From Gonapodya sp. JEL0774 (Eukaryota), in NCBI GenBank assembly GCA_027604505.1, contig JADIIX010000034.1, positions 62,001 to 126,000 on the forward strand: a stretch of DNA of 64,000 bases. Reading direction: 5' to 3'. The position numbers and the translations under genes were made by a program. Each line of letters opens with the position of its first letter. Position 1 is the stretch's first letter. The notes beneath the pieces are model-generated. The model was not told the origin of the DNA and made no database searches. It worked only from the letters and a program-made list of their open reading frames with translations. This document shows positions 49,382 to 62,700 of the stretch, piece after piece.

Positions 49382-52300
49382 ATGCAAACGTATGAGCATA
49401 TCTGTCCTCCGTGATTACTTCTGTTGTAAAAGCCGATCAGTGCCCTCAATCGTAATCAAGTGCACACTCCTCTGCCAAAATTAGATCGTTGCCCCTTCTT
49501 CTTCGTCTCAACATAATCCGACCATCACCCCGGAGCACAGTAATGAGGAAAAGGTCGAATCACTTGACTGCAATGCCAACGTCATAGACCTTACCGCAGA
49601 CGATGACGATGGCGATGGCGATGGCTGTGGCATGTATGCGAATCATGTTCTTTGGTTGTCCTAAAGCGGAGTTTCTCGACGCGATTCCACCTAACGTTAG
49701 TGAACAGTCAGCCGACCAGTGGCCACTCACTGACCTATCAGAGGACACACAAGTTTTATCAGAGAATTCCGATGCAACCAACATGTTGGACTTGTCCGAT
49801 GATGGCGAAACCTACTGCCCGACACCTCGTCCACTTGGAGGGACACCGGCACCAATGACACAACCACCCCCACAACAACACTCCCCTCAACGGTGCTCTT
49901 CCCCTGACTCTGTCGCTTCGATTATAGTCATTTCATCTGACTCAGAACCTGATACTGACCTGGCACCAGGAGCCGCCGAGTCGTCCGAAACAACTGATCC
50001 TCCCCACTCCCACACCTCCAACGACGAGATTTTCTCAATGGTGTTTGGTTTGGGTGATAATGAAGAGGAACAAGAGCCATCGTTCGATATCGATACCGGC
50101 TTGGTGGTGGACGAAGTATGTTCGGAGATTTGTGACAACAGGGGTTTGCAATTTCCAGCTCATTTGGCCGAGGACCTGCCGCTGGTGGATGCACGAGAAC
50201 CTCATGACTCACTACCACAAGAAAGCAGTCGAATTGAACCTCCGGTCACGCCTTCTGGGCCAGGCACATCAGAGCGTCGGCCACAAAAGCGCCGCCGTAG
50301 CAGGTCCAAATCTCGATCACTCTCACCGAACCTCTCTCGGGCGAGACAAAGAATTGGAATTGGAATTGGCACGGCAATTCGTTTGGGACTGGATATTGGG
50401 GTCAATGCGCTCACTCACTTTGATCAGATAGATGGTGGAACTCCTGACCTCGATCAGCGTCCAATGGATTCAGCTTTCATCGACGTGCCATCTTGTCTGA
50501 CATGTGGCGATAACTCTCCGGATCGCGTCTCTTCGCCGCCAAGCACCGTGGCTTCTCCAAGCTTATCCCCTCGCTCGTTGTCGTCCAGTCCTTCCTTCGT
50601 TTCAGTCGAGTGCTATTCCAACGTGCCGCTTAATGATGCTGAATTCTACCTCGACACGGCCACTGGTCGACTACATCACGGGGCTGCCGGTATGCCCGAG
50701 GGATTTTTCCCCGAGCCCTCGAGCATAACTATCCCAGTGAGTAGAGGCGTGAACAAGGGGTAGGACAGTGTCAGCGAGTAAAGTCGACACTTCATATGGC
50801 CCTCTTGAGTTGATCACTGCAATTGCATCCAGAGAACTTCATTCACTTTGTCGGCATACCTTGGTTTTTCAGCCCTCATCCGCCGACCCTGTTGCACGGT
50901 CTGATTCAACTTTACATTCTCTAGATTCACCTGTTGTGGGAAGGTCAACTGGACCGGTGGCTGGTAAATTTTTGAATTTCTGGATCCTTTGCCAATAATT
51001 CAATTCTCACCGTTTCTGTCTTAGACGCAGCAGAGAACAGCACGGCCAATTCAAAAACTGAGACATGGTTCTTAGAGGGTAGTGTGCAGCCTACTGGACT
51101 GCCAGGCCTCACTTCTGGAGTGAGGGAAAACTGAGGCTGATTTGTGACTTTCCGGTTCAAATAAACACTTTCTTTCTGTCCTTCCCGTAGAACCATGCGT
51201 GGTGGATTGTAGTGCCTCGTTTGCTTCGGACGCATCCGAGTCATGTGAGCGAGGCCAAGATGGCAGGATCAATCGTAACGCTTGCTCGCGCGAATGGAGG
51301 GGAGAAAACATTTGCCTGCTCTACAGTACACCCAACCACGCAGGGTCTAAAAAGAAACTTGGTCGAACTTGATTACCAGAAAGGTGAGTGTAGTTTACGT
51401 TGGAAAAGGAGCACTGCTTCTGCTGAGTTTTAATGTGTTTTAGGTGTGGTCAGAAACTATTCTGGTCACACGTACAAATTTGGAGCGCCAGCTGTTCATC
51501 CTCCGGCTGCGAACGCTGGAGAGTATGTTCAAACTGTTTCTGACATCTCCGTAGTGGAATCAGACCACTCAGCCTGTCTGGTTTCAGCCGGGTATGACAG
51601 GAAGGTGCGGGCCTGGGACGTAAAGACGGGTCGGGCGATCGCCTACTGTAAGTGAAATAATGTGATCTAATCGGGAAGAGCTCGTTAGGTTGATCTCATA
51701 CTCTTGAAAAAAGATCCTCATCCACGCAACCTGACGCTCTTAGCTACCGGGAAAGACAATCGCGGTGCTCCGGTCGTGGTTTCTGGAGATTCAGCGGGGT
51801 GAGTGATATATTTCTTGGGCTGTAACAAGATGGCGATGGCGATATGTTCTTCACCGTGTTCCTATCTAAGCAATTTGAGATTTGCCAAGCTGCACTCAGA
51901 GGACCCAAGTGGAACTGCGCGTGTGGACTCCCAATACCACTCGTGGATTGTCCAAGATCTCCCACGCCAGAGCCTGAGTGAGGTGACGGGGATAGTGATG
52001 GGACATGGCCCCAGCGTCAACCTGGTGTTTGCGACCTTTGGATCAGACTCGATGGCCAAGAAACCAGTGGTGGGCTTGACAGCTTTGTGTACTCTTTGGC
52101 TGGCTTGAAACCTGATTTGCAAGTATCCCTCGCAGCTGTCGTGCTATGATCTCTGCTCGCCGAGTAGCAAACCAAGCACATTCCAAGATGTGGCTCGTGC
52201 TTCGACGTCAGCTGCAGCCTTGTCGCCATCAGGATCCATTCTAGCTATTGGAGTTTGCCCAATATCTGGAGAGTCGAACGAGGACAAGGCTCTTCGCTTG

Positions 52301-53092
52301 TACGATGTCCGAGGATCGCGAAGGGGGATGAACCTCGCAGCCAAAGTGAAGACCGGACAGGAGGACTGTCACTTCATCTCCTTTGGGAGCGACAGATTGG
52401 TTGTGGCGGGAGATACAGCGCTCTTTGGGAAGGTGTACGACTTGCGCTTCTTCAAGGAACCCATGTTTACTATTTCCCATGTTCCATTTGGTGGGTGAAA
52501 TTATTGATCTCATTGCCCGACATGTGTCCAATACTGATGTCACTCCAAGAGGGTGACGACTGGGAGGATCTATGTTGTCTTGAGTTTGGTGGGTGGACTT
52601 CGGGGGGCTTACTCGTGACAGGAGGTGCCGCTACGGTGTGTTCAATGGGATCTGCGGGCTCTGTAGTTTAAATCGATCCATTTTTTTTTGAGCACTGCTT
52701 GATTCTTGAACATTCGTGGGCAGGTTAAGTTTTGGGACTTCAATCGAGCTGATCCCTGTGTGCTCACACTTGGGGAGGATGAAAGAGGCACCGCATTGAT
52801 TGATGGTAGTATATCTTCCCTTGTTATATCGCAAGGTGAGTGTCATAACGTGCAAGCCTTCATTTCTAGTGTCTGTTGCATTTTGGTTTTCTGAGTCGGG
52901 TGATCTGCTCTTACATTGATTCTCAAATGGGATTTTGAAGACTCTCTTCGGCTCACTGTGGGTACGCACCTCGGTGGAGTCTACACTTACGAACCAGGAT
53001 CGTCGTCAGACTCTCCATCAGAGCGATATTTCGTCAACGAAGAATGCGTTTGGCCCGGAACCCCCGAGGCAATGCCATCGGACCACGAGTAA
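49382..53092 (+). CDS. WD40-repeat protein with a long acidic disordered N-terminus; resembles Raf1/Dos1 (DCAF-type)
   Basis: WD repeats TVSDISV..LVSAGYDRKVRAWDV, LRLYDVR, KVYDLR and LLVTGG..VKFWDF. N-terminal VIDLT and IIVISSDSE are SIM-like motifs. The start is uncertain. Confidence 0.7.
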
Positions 53093-53641
53093 TGCTTTTG
53101 GGATGTGAGTGAAGGAAGTAATAGGACGATATTGCTTGCAACTTCTCATTCTGCAGAGAAAATCGTCCCAGACGCTGACGTCTGCCCTCCCACTCACTTG
53201 TCCGATTCTGATATATTCGGCCAGTATGCCATCAACGACTCCGAGGCAACCCCATCCAGCCTTCAGTTTCCAACAGCACAAGCTATCATTCTACCTGGTC
53301 CATTTGAATATCGTCAGTTCGCATCCCTGGCGTCAGCGTCCTGCGACTCTTCACAACTATGGTTCTGTAAAATTGTTCGTAGCATTTGTATATATTGCAC
53401 TCTACTCAGTTTGTAATACTCCTCATGTATCTGTGAGGTGTGGGTTTGCAGAGTTCCAGAGTTTGACAAGCCGGTCCAGTCCGACAGACCGATATATGTA
53501 CTATTACCTGGAGAAAACTCGCCGTTTTTTGTGTTTCTCTGCGTCGGCAGCGCCTTTGTGGGGATCCCCGATTAATTGCGGAAGTACCAAAGAGCCTGAG
53601 GCAACCGACGGTAACATTCATCATACACACCGAATAAGCAG

Positions 53642-55500
53642 ATGAGTTCAAAGTTCCTCCCACTTCTTGGCAGAACGGCTCTTGTTGTGAGTACAAAAGT
53701 GTCGATTTCGACTGAGATGATTGTCAGGGCATCGTGCTCTCCTCTTCTCGCGGGAAGACCTTCCCGACCGTGCCGATGATTTTCAACAACGAATACCCAT
53801 TTTTGCTCCGTTCATTCGCCCCTCTCCTTGTCTGGGCATCACTGTCGCTGAACACTTTGAATCTCAAAGACAGGTGCTGGATCCGGCATAGGTCGAGCGT
53901 GCGCGGTCGATTTGGCAAGAAGAGGTGCGCGAGTGGTTGTAGCTGATTTGGATCCAAACGGAGGCCAGGAGACAGTCAAGCTAATAGAAGCTGCTGTGAG
54001 GGAGACACTTGAGGTGCGTACACTGAGCGTGACGACGGTGATGCAGGATGGTACCTCCCACTTTCAGTTTTTGCAATTGGATCATCCCTTGATTCCGACT
54101 GTTGGACCGCATCTCGTCTCAGAGATACGTATAGATGAAGACTATGAATGCTTTCGAAAGAACTGCCCAAAACAACAGAAGTGGAGTCCCAACCATCGGT
54201 CAGATGAACGGGCCCATTGCGACGAACTCTTTTCTGGCCACTGTAGTAGTGCAAATCCCTCCTCATTTTTTGACTTGCACATCACTGCAGACCTCATGTG
54301 ATACTTGTTCTATTGAATAACCAACGTTGTCTGTCCTCCACATTCATTTCAGACACATCCTACGAGTCCCGCTCTCTTCGTCCGCGCTGACTGCTCCGTT
54401 GATGATGACCTCGTTGCACTCGTACAGCGAGCAAAAGACTACGCTCGAATAGAGAACGATTCAGGATTTGTGTCGGTGGTGGTGAATAACGCAGGTTAGT
54501 TTCGCAAACAAGTTCCGAGGCAGAGCACCCAGGTTCCGGGGCGGAGTAAATTTGATCGATGTACCCGTACGGAGTCGAACGTCGGAAGGGGAGATAAACC
54601 GTTAAGCGACGATTACCGACTTTGCATTCCCAATCGCCAGGTCTTCAGCACGTCTCCCCCCTCCCTGTATTCCCTGTCTCCAAATGGAACCTCCTCCTCT
54701 CCATCATGCTCACGGCGCCATTCAGACTCACTCAACTCCTCTTGCCTGATATGTACGATAACGATTGGGGGAGAATTGTGAATGTCGGGAGCATCCACAG
54801 TGTTATCGCCAGCGAGGGCAAGGCAGCCTACATAGCAGCCAAGCATGGTTTGGTGGTGAGTTGGCGTTGGCGCTAAGGGAGACGGTGAAGGAGAAGTTGG
54901 ATCAAATTAGTCTGAGGGTTTCAACACTTTGTGAATCACCACTTCCTCCAATGCCGTACTATTGGCTCTGCGTGGACCATATCGGTGCATGCTTGATACA
55001 CCCACCACAGGGTCTCACCAAGGTACGCTGTTGTATATACGGTTTGGGTATTGTGCAAGCTTCTAATGTCCGTTCTCGTTCTTTTTGTTGTGAGAACAGA
55101 CGACGGCACTGGAGGCCGCGTCTCATTCTTCGAATGTGACATGCAACATTATTTGGTATGCTTGGCGACATCTTCCGTCACGTTTATCAGACACGGTCTT
55201 GATTATTGCTGTGCTTGAATCTCTGTTCACGCCGGCTGCGTGCCATTCTTGCCTGCAATAATGTCCAGCCCTTCGTACGTCTCGACGCCGCTCGTGGCCT
55301 CACAAATCGCAACCCAATCCACTTTGCACAACCTCCCCGCCGAAAAAGTGATATCGGACATCATGTGTGCACCCATGCCGCAGAAACGCCTTCTTGATAC
55401 GGGTGAGGTTGCGGCGCTTGTCGGGTTTCTGTGTGATGATGCAGCTAGAGGATTAAACGGGAGTGTTTTGGGGCAGGATGGGGGTTGGACGGCGAGGTAG
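53642..55500 (+). CDS. D-3-hydroxybutyrate dehydrogenase, bacterial (BdhA)-type SDR
   Basis: ALVTGAGSGIG, VVNNAGLQHVSP, WGRIVNVGSIHSVIASEGKAAYIAAKHG, PSYVSTPLV..QI and DGGWTAR-stop. Confidence 0.88.
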
Positions 55501-56458
55501 AGGAAGTGCCGAGTCTTTCCCTTACCGTATTCACATGGAAGCGGGGAGAAACACAAATTAACCACATTTCAAATTTCTCAAGTAACGAAATATCGCAGAG
55601 ATAGAGTGCTCTAGCCCATCTTAGCCATCTGAGTGAATAGAACGTTAGCGAGGTCTGACTCCAACGGGAGCGCTACGCACTACCTATCCCATGTCACTCT
55701 CATTGGCTTCTCAGGTCGCAGGAGCGGGGTTCCCCTATGAAGTTCCCCGGAGTCAAAACGCGGTACACTAATATCCTGCGCTTGGAAGTGTTCCGGTCCG
55801 TCGGGTGGACATCAGGCTATTGGATTGCGGATGTTTCTATGGAACATTTCTGTGGAGGGAATGTATGATCCTAACACCAGCCCTTCGTGGATTAAGTCTG
55901 TTTCTTCGACTCGTTCTACTATAATACATGGCAGAAGCAAAGATACTGAAATTGAGTTCGAATTGATTTTGGGAGGGTTTATTTTGAGAGGCCTTATGTT
56001 GTCCAAGCCATGCTTATGACGTCAGTCCTGCCTGAGCCAGGGTTGAGGAGCGATGAAGCCCCTTCCCCAAGCAAGACATGGCTTGCAAGTTACCAACGAA
56101 GGAAGCACCGGACTTTCACAACCGGGATTGTTGGCTTGGCCGATAGTAGGCCCTGCACAGATTCACAAATGAGACGCGCTTTCCAGACTCAACAGCAAAA
56201 TGGAAACGCGGTAAATAGCGGATTATGCTAGAGGCACATTTGAGTAGAGAGGGCAATTGGCTTTAAGCGGAGTGATGCTCCTGAAATAGGTGGTCCGATT
56301 CCGGTGCGGCCGGGTGTATATTTTCTCCGCCTTATGAAATTCATCGGAACTTTTTCTATTTGGAGAGCAAAGAATTCTTCACGTCATCTTCTCCATCCTT
56401 CAATCGAAACGAGTTCTCCGTCTGTCATCTGCCATCTCACAGATAATCTCATCCAGCA

Positions 56459-57338
56459 ATGACTCGACAGCCACTTTCGATTGTCTCTATCTTAGGCAGT
56501 GTCAGAGATGGACGACTCGGCATCAAAGTAGCAGAGTACATCAACCGAGTAGCTTCCAAAAATGGTAAGCATGCGATAGACGTTCTTGCGATGCAGATTC
56601 ACGTAACTCTCAAGTGCGCTCCAGGTCACAACCTTACTTTCATCGATTGCGCGAAACCCGAATGGGATCTCCCAATGCTCCGAAAGCGGTTCATGGACTA
56701 CGGACCGAACGAGCAAAGTTCGTGTGTCTCGACCTCGCCCAATCGCTGGCATCAGCTCACGTGATCTCCTTTTAGTTCCCACCAGCTTGACAACCCTCCA
56801 CAAGTTATTCTCCGAAGCAGATGCTTTCATTCTCATAACTCCCGAGTACAACCAGAACGCTGCACCCGCTCTCACCAACATGTTGGACCACTTTCTCCCC
56901 GAGTGAGACTCAATTGCAAATTCGTCCACGTGGATGTCCACTCCAGCTAATCCGTTTTTTTCCGCAGGTTCAACAAGAAAGTAGCGGGTATCGCAAGCTA
57001 TAGCATCTCTTTTGGAGCTGCACGTATCGGAGGTTTGTTGGCAACATATGGTAGCCCAGTAGATTGGACTGTCACCTCTAACTATCAACACACGGACACC
57101 CCCCCCCCCCCCCCCCCCCCTACGCACAGGCTCTGCTCTCCGCCCCATGTGCGCTCAGTTGGGCATGGTAGCAACTCCCTTGTCACTGACGTGGCCCAGT
57201 TTGACGAGCACGAGTTTCGATGAGTCCGGAACTCCTAAAGATCAGATGTCAATACAATCGGTCGCCGCGTTTGTGCAGGAGCTGGAATTCTATGGACTGG
57301 CAATCAAGAACGCGAGGGAAGAGCAGGGGAAGCTGTGA
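56459..57338 (+). CDS. NADPH-dependent FMN reductase (flavodoxin-like fold)
   Basis: ILGSVRDGRLG, ADAFILITPEYN..PALTNMLDH and KVAGIASYS. Ends EQGKL-stop. Confidence 0.88.
57099..57120. repeat. Poly-C tract (C22) in the last intron of the FMN reductase gene
   Basis: Homopolymer immediately upstream of the ...CACAG acceptor. Confidence 0.9.
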
Positions 57339-57449
57339 TTGTCGATGTTGTAAACAAGTCCTTGGGAAACACTGTTTGTTATGGAGTCCTAGAGAACGTC
57401 AGCACAATCAAACATCGTATATATATACTGCAGTGAATCACATGATCAC

Positions 57450-59312
57450 TCTGAGTTACATTTTACTTTTAATTGGGTGAAAAGATGGTGCTGTGGTCCG
57501 GTTCCGCAAACAGCATGATGTTCGGAGTTCCTCACCAACGGTGCATTACCAGTTCCTGTACAACCTTGAGTTACAATGCACAATCTTCTGCTCATTTGAG
57601 TGATTTGCCCTTCCATTACTATTCCGGAACCGTGCACTCCCTCCCCCCTAATCACCGGTTTGTCTTCCGTGGAGATACGCGGAAGTACCCGAAACGAGTA
57701 CACTGATATTAGTTAAAAAAAACTCATTTGTCTTGGGAAGCCTCTAGGATAATATGTTCGTGAATGGGTTGCTCAATCTGTATCCAAAGAGGGGAGCCAA
57801 TTCAATTCCAAGGCACACTGGTGATTTCGAAAGCGAAAGAAAGAGTGAGACCACCGTTTATTCACCAGAACACGAGTGGAGCGGATGATTACCCTTTCGA
57901 TAACAGGCTGAACTACCTCAATGACAATCTGTTTCACCACTCCAACGGAGTCAGGTAGTGCCGCATTCAGTCGACAGTAACAGCAAACTTACTCTTATTG
58001 ATTTCGGGCTCCCTCTGGACTGTCTCGTAGACAACGGCAAGCACATGAACTTCGTCATGCACAGCCGCTGCTTGTGCTTGGTGTTTCGCGTCTTCCATTG
58101 GCTATGAAGGACGATCGAGAAAAGTGCAAGACTGCTTTATTGCATGCTCGATGATCAGCATAGAGAGAAAGCCTCACAGACTGGGTTCTTGGTAATTGTG
58201 GACCTTTTCTCGCTCTTCTTGGCGATCAACAACATTCTCTCCTTCCACGATTCTTTCGGTCAACGGCTGAATTACTTGTTGTACCTCCGGGCGGACCATT
58301 AATCGTGTAACTTCGGGTCTGAACCGTCAATGCGGTTGAGTGTTGTGAGTCTTTATTGTTGGTAATCTCACAGTGCGTATCGATCGAACGGAGTGTTGTT
58401 TTCTGTGACGCACCTGACTTCCTCCACGATCTTCGGCACGATCTGCTCATGAACCACAGGTGTCCAAACTTTTCTTTAATGTATATGTGGTCTCATCAAG
58501 ATTGATTTGACAGCGCCAGCGAGCGATATAGACCACGCACCTGCACCAACGAGTGATCATCAACAAAAGCGGACTCAGCTGTACGAGAAAGCTCCGTCTG
58601 ATGGATTGGCTCAATACATTCGGTGTCTCGGATGGTGATGGACATTTTCGAAAGGAGCCCACGTAAAGACGTCGCCCCTCTCCTGATATAGTAAAACCGC
58701 CATATGACTCTAGCACGCCACCAACAAAGATCATGTGCCTTTGGTAACACCTCATGTAATTACGTAGACAATAACCGAAACTGCGGTGAATGCTATATGT
58801 TTTAGGAACTCCAAACAGCGTTCGGACACGAATTCAGTGATTATTAACCCTGTTCGAAACCTTCAACACTCCTTCTCATAATCCTTGAGGCCATGGGCTG
58901 CTTGCTCCAACTTTGCCTCTCCTCGAAGGACAGGGTCCGCTTGATCAGAACTTATCGGTGGAAGAATCTTGACGGGATTCACTGTTGGGGAGAAAGAAAG
59001 CCCGGAAACCCCGATTACAGCAAGGAAATCCACCCAATTCGCAAATGAAGACTTACTTCGGTAACATGCTCAATGATCGGCTTGTTGACCTATTGGAAAC
59101 AGTTCAAAGGTGGATTTCATGAGAGAGATTGTCTTGATCGACTTACATTAACACGTGTGGTCTTCAAAGTCTCCCGTTCGATGACGGGTTGGATCTCCTC
59201 GGAAACTTTGGGCTTTACAACTATAGAAGACGTGAGTCAAAATTAATTTGAGGCCACCAAATGAAGAATTTCAAGCACTCTCTTCTCGGATGTTACGTGC
59301 GTTGGCTGCCAT
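57450..59312 (-). CDS. Hypothetical repeat protein with 'QPVIERE'-type repeats, encoded by many short exons
   Basis: TATAAAA near 59370 and ATG at 59312. Exons read MAANARNIREE/IVKPKVSEEIQPVIERETLKTTRVN/VNKPIIEHVTE..IVPKIVEEVR/PEVTR..VIQPLTERIV..VKQIVIEVVQPVIERVIIRSTRVL/IEQPIHEHII. The 3' end and one junction are unresolved. Confidence 0.55.
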
Positions 59313-59711
59313 AGTTTTGAAATGGGTTGATGACTGTGTTCTTATTAGAGTTTACAGTTTTATGCACATTTTATACCCCGTTTTGGGATGACCTCACCGC
59401 TGAAGAGACGAGCACTCATTGAAATTCATTTTAATGTTCAGGTCATTGAAATCACAGAGAAAATTGAATGCTGCTGCGAGATGCGTGAGTTGATGTACTC
59501 TACTTCCCACTTTCCCAATAAAGTTGGAAGTAAAACATACTAAGTACAGCTGAGGAAACGTGCACATGCCAGAGGTTCGCATCTATGAGCGAAATTTAAT
59601 TGATTTCGTGGGCAGCGAGTTGTGAGAACAAATGATGCTGGGTCGCTTCACACAAAAAAGCCAACACATTGTTCCCCAATCCTTCTCTTTCATTTTCAAG
59701 TGGTCCCAAAT

Positions 59712-62700
59712 ATGCATCGTGGACGACGTACATCACTCGCACAGAGGGGACGCTTTGGCAATCAAAGGTATTCGGATCGGGGAGGATTTGAAATCGACGG
59801 AGCTTCAGGGCGGAGTGGACGTAACCGAAGAAGTCAGATCACAAATCAGCAGTCACCTGAGAGTTTTGGCTCATGGGAACTTGAGAGCAACTCTTTGGAA
59901 GACAGGAGTCGTGGCATTGTGGAGGAGTCTGGCCACGTACCGGCACAGGAACGACCGTCTGACGCGTCCCATTCTTCGGGGACCGCCCCAGTGTCGCCCT
60001 CTCGCACTTTCGTTGATGGGTGGACACGGCAGCAGAGCCACGAAAGCCAAGACTTGCGAATGACGTCAGCTCGTCCGTCCATGGGACATTCACCAAAACA
60101 GGGAACTCGGCTTCCATCCGGCGAAATTCGACCATTCTGGAGACTCCGTACACGAGATTCAAGTGCTAAGCACGGTGGACCGTCACCCATACAGTCGCCT
60201 CCTCACTCCAGGTGGGATGAGGGGGACACGGAGCCCCCCTCGGAGGATTCTAAATCCTCTGAAAGCCATATTGTCCCTACCTTCTTTGGCACTCGGACTC
60301 GCGTTCACGGTCGTGGAAGCCAGGACGCTCGGTTGGCAACTTCGTTTGTTTTCGCAACATCGGACACATTTAAATCCCTAACTCGGTCAACTGATCAAGC
60401 CATAAATGGGGTTTCGAGTCGAGCTCCAACACAGGGAATTCTTCCCAAACAAGCAAGTCGGAGCTTTGCTGGGATGATTGTTGATTCCAATAGTCACGTC
60501 TGGAGTGTAGAGGGTAGAATGACTCAAGAAGGCTCAACAGCAAGTGGATCTGGAGTTGCAGATGTGAGTGGACTACCCGGAAGCTTCATCCTGACATTAT
60601 ATTTGATTGAGATGGCCTCCGTTCTTCCATCATTCGAAGTTACAAGAAGAGCCACCCCCCCCCCTACCAGCCTCGAACATTGCCATTATCGGCACCGCAA
60701 CATATTGCCCAAGATTCAAACCTCTCACCACTACAACATCTATCGCCTCATCCGAGTTATCCCCTCTCGGTAGTCTCTGAGCGCTTTCCGAGCATATCAG
60801 AGCAGTCCGTTGATCGCTCGGTGTGGAATGATCCAAAACAGTTCTCCACTGAACCACTGCTTGCGGATGGCGGGCCTTCTCTTCCTGATCAGAACGTACG
60901 CACATCGACAAAGGCCCGCTCACTACCAATGTTATCATTGGAGGAATCACATGCACCGTTGTCCAGTCCGCCACGTCCACAAAATGGGCCAAAGTGGCAC
61001 GTTGCTGAAGATCACTCTCATCGATCTGGATCCATTTCCAAGAAGATAATTGCGGATGAGGAACAGCACTTGCTTGAGGAAAAAAACCCACAGACGATCC
61101 AGTTGGAATCTCCTGCGCTGCAAGCTAGTGCATTCGAAAACCCAGCTCTAAATCCGCACGAAGAAAATTGGGAAGGGGGAGTTCCAGACCGACACATGCG
61201 GCGAGTCACCAATCCTGTTACTCCGCTTTTGGGAACAGGTCTTGCGATCGCGGAAGGCGTCGTTGTTTATGAGTTGCAGACACCTCCTAAGCGAATTAAC
61301 GCCGAAAGCAACACCAATCTGGAGAAATCGGCTGATTCGGGTTTTGATGACTATGGCTTGAATGATGAAATGGGAGTTCTCCCCGCTGCCGAGCGGTGTA
61401 CGACCATGCAGAACAAGCCCACCGTCCAACTCCCTCCACCACCGTCTGATCCGAATCTCGAAATCGCTCAAATCATTCCACTATCTCTCAACTCCATCCA
61501 AACCGCGAATCTTGTTCAGGTCGGTCTGTTGGTAAAGAAACCGCTTTCATCCACAGTGTTGGCCCTTTCGTCCCTACCCGACTCGGCACACACCCCTGTA
61601 CTCCCACCGACAGAAGATTTTCTTAAATCAAAATCAGAACGCTTGGAGTTGAAGCTGTTTGCCGACATAGAGAGCTACAAGCTCGGTCCTGACGGGGTGC
61701 AAACCCGCCTGAAACCCAGGTTGACAGTACCAGTAGCATTGTATCGAGAGCAAATCGAAACGGCCCTTCGAAATTCAGACGTAGTTGTCATTGTTGGCGA
61801 CACAGGAAGTGGCAAAGTGAGTTGTGGATTCTTAAGCGCAACTGCGATCAAGAGTAACCCTCGAAGGTCAACAACCTGTCAGACTACGCAAGTACCTCAA
61901 ATGATTCTGGATACACGTATTCGTGATGGAGAAGGGGCGCGATGTAATATTGTGGTAACTCAACCCCGGTGAGTATTAACTTATATTTCTATCTCGCATC
62001 TCACGTGTGCTGACACTCACCGAGCAGGAGGATGGCCGCAATTAGCGTGGCTCAGAGAGTTTCCGAAGAACGCGGTGAATCCATTGGGGGTACCGTTGGA
62101 TATCAGGTTCGGTTTGACGGGATCCCCCCGAACGAGCACGGTTCAATACTGTATTGTACCACTGGGACACTCCTTCGCAAGATGCACGATAGCACCCGTC
62201 GCAAAGGCTCCTCTACTGATTTAAATAATGTGCCACTTGATCCATTTGATAGGCTTACTCATCTTATCATTGACGAGGTGCATGAGCGTGATATTCACAT
62301 AGTTGAGTGTTCGGAAATGAGTATTTACAAATACTCACGCTAAACCAATGTGTAATTGGTAGGACTTCCTGCTTCTTGCTGCGAAAAGATCATTGATTGC
62401 TCGTCAAGCCTCTGGTCTTCGACCTGTCAAGCTGATTCTGATGGTTAGTCGTGCACTGTCCTCGACCTTCCCAACACTTTCTACATTAAATGCCTTTTAG
62501 AGTGCAACAATTCACGCAGACTCATTTGCGCGTTATTTCGCGCAGCTGGGTGGGACGCGGACATCTCCTGGCCCCGTGCCGATAGTTGATGTGCCCGGGA
62601 GATTGCACGATGTCCAACGCATTTTCCTTGAGGAAATTGTCCTCAAACTGCGGAAGGAGATCACCGAAAAGGATGCACCACAGCTACATTCAATTGAAAC

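Noticed and set aside
56245..56315. tRNA-like GGTCCGATTCC
   Set aside because: No cloverleaf stems or A-box could be built.
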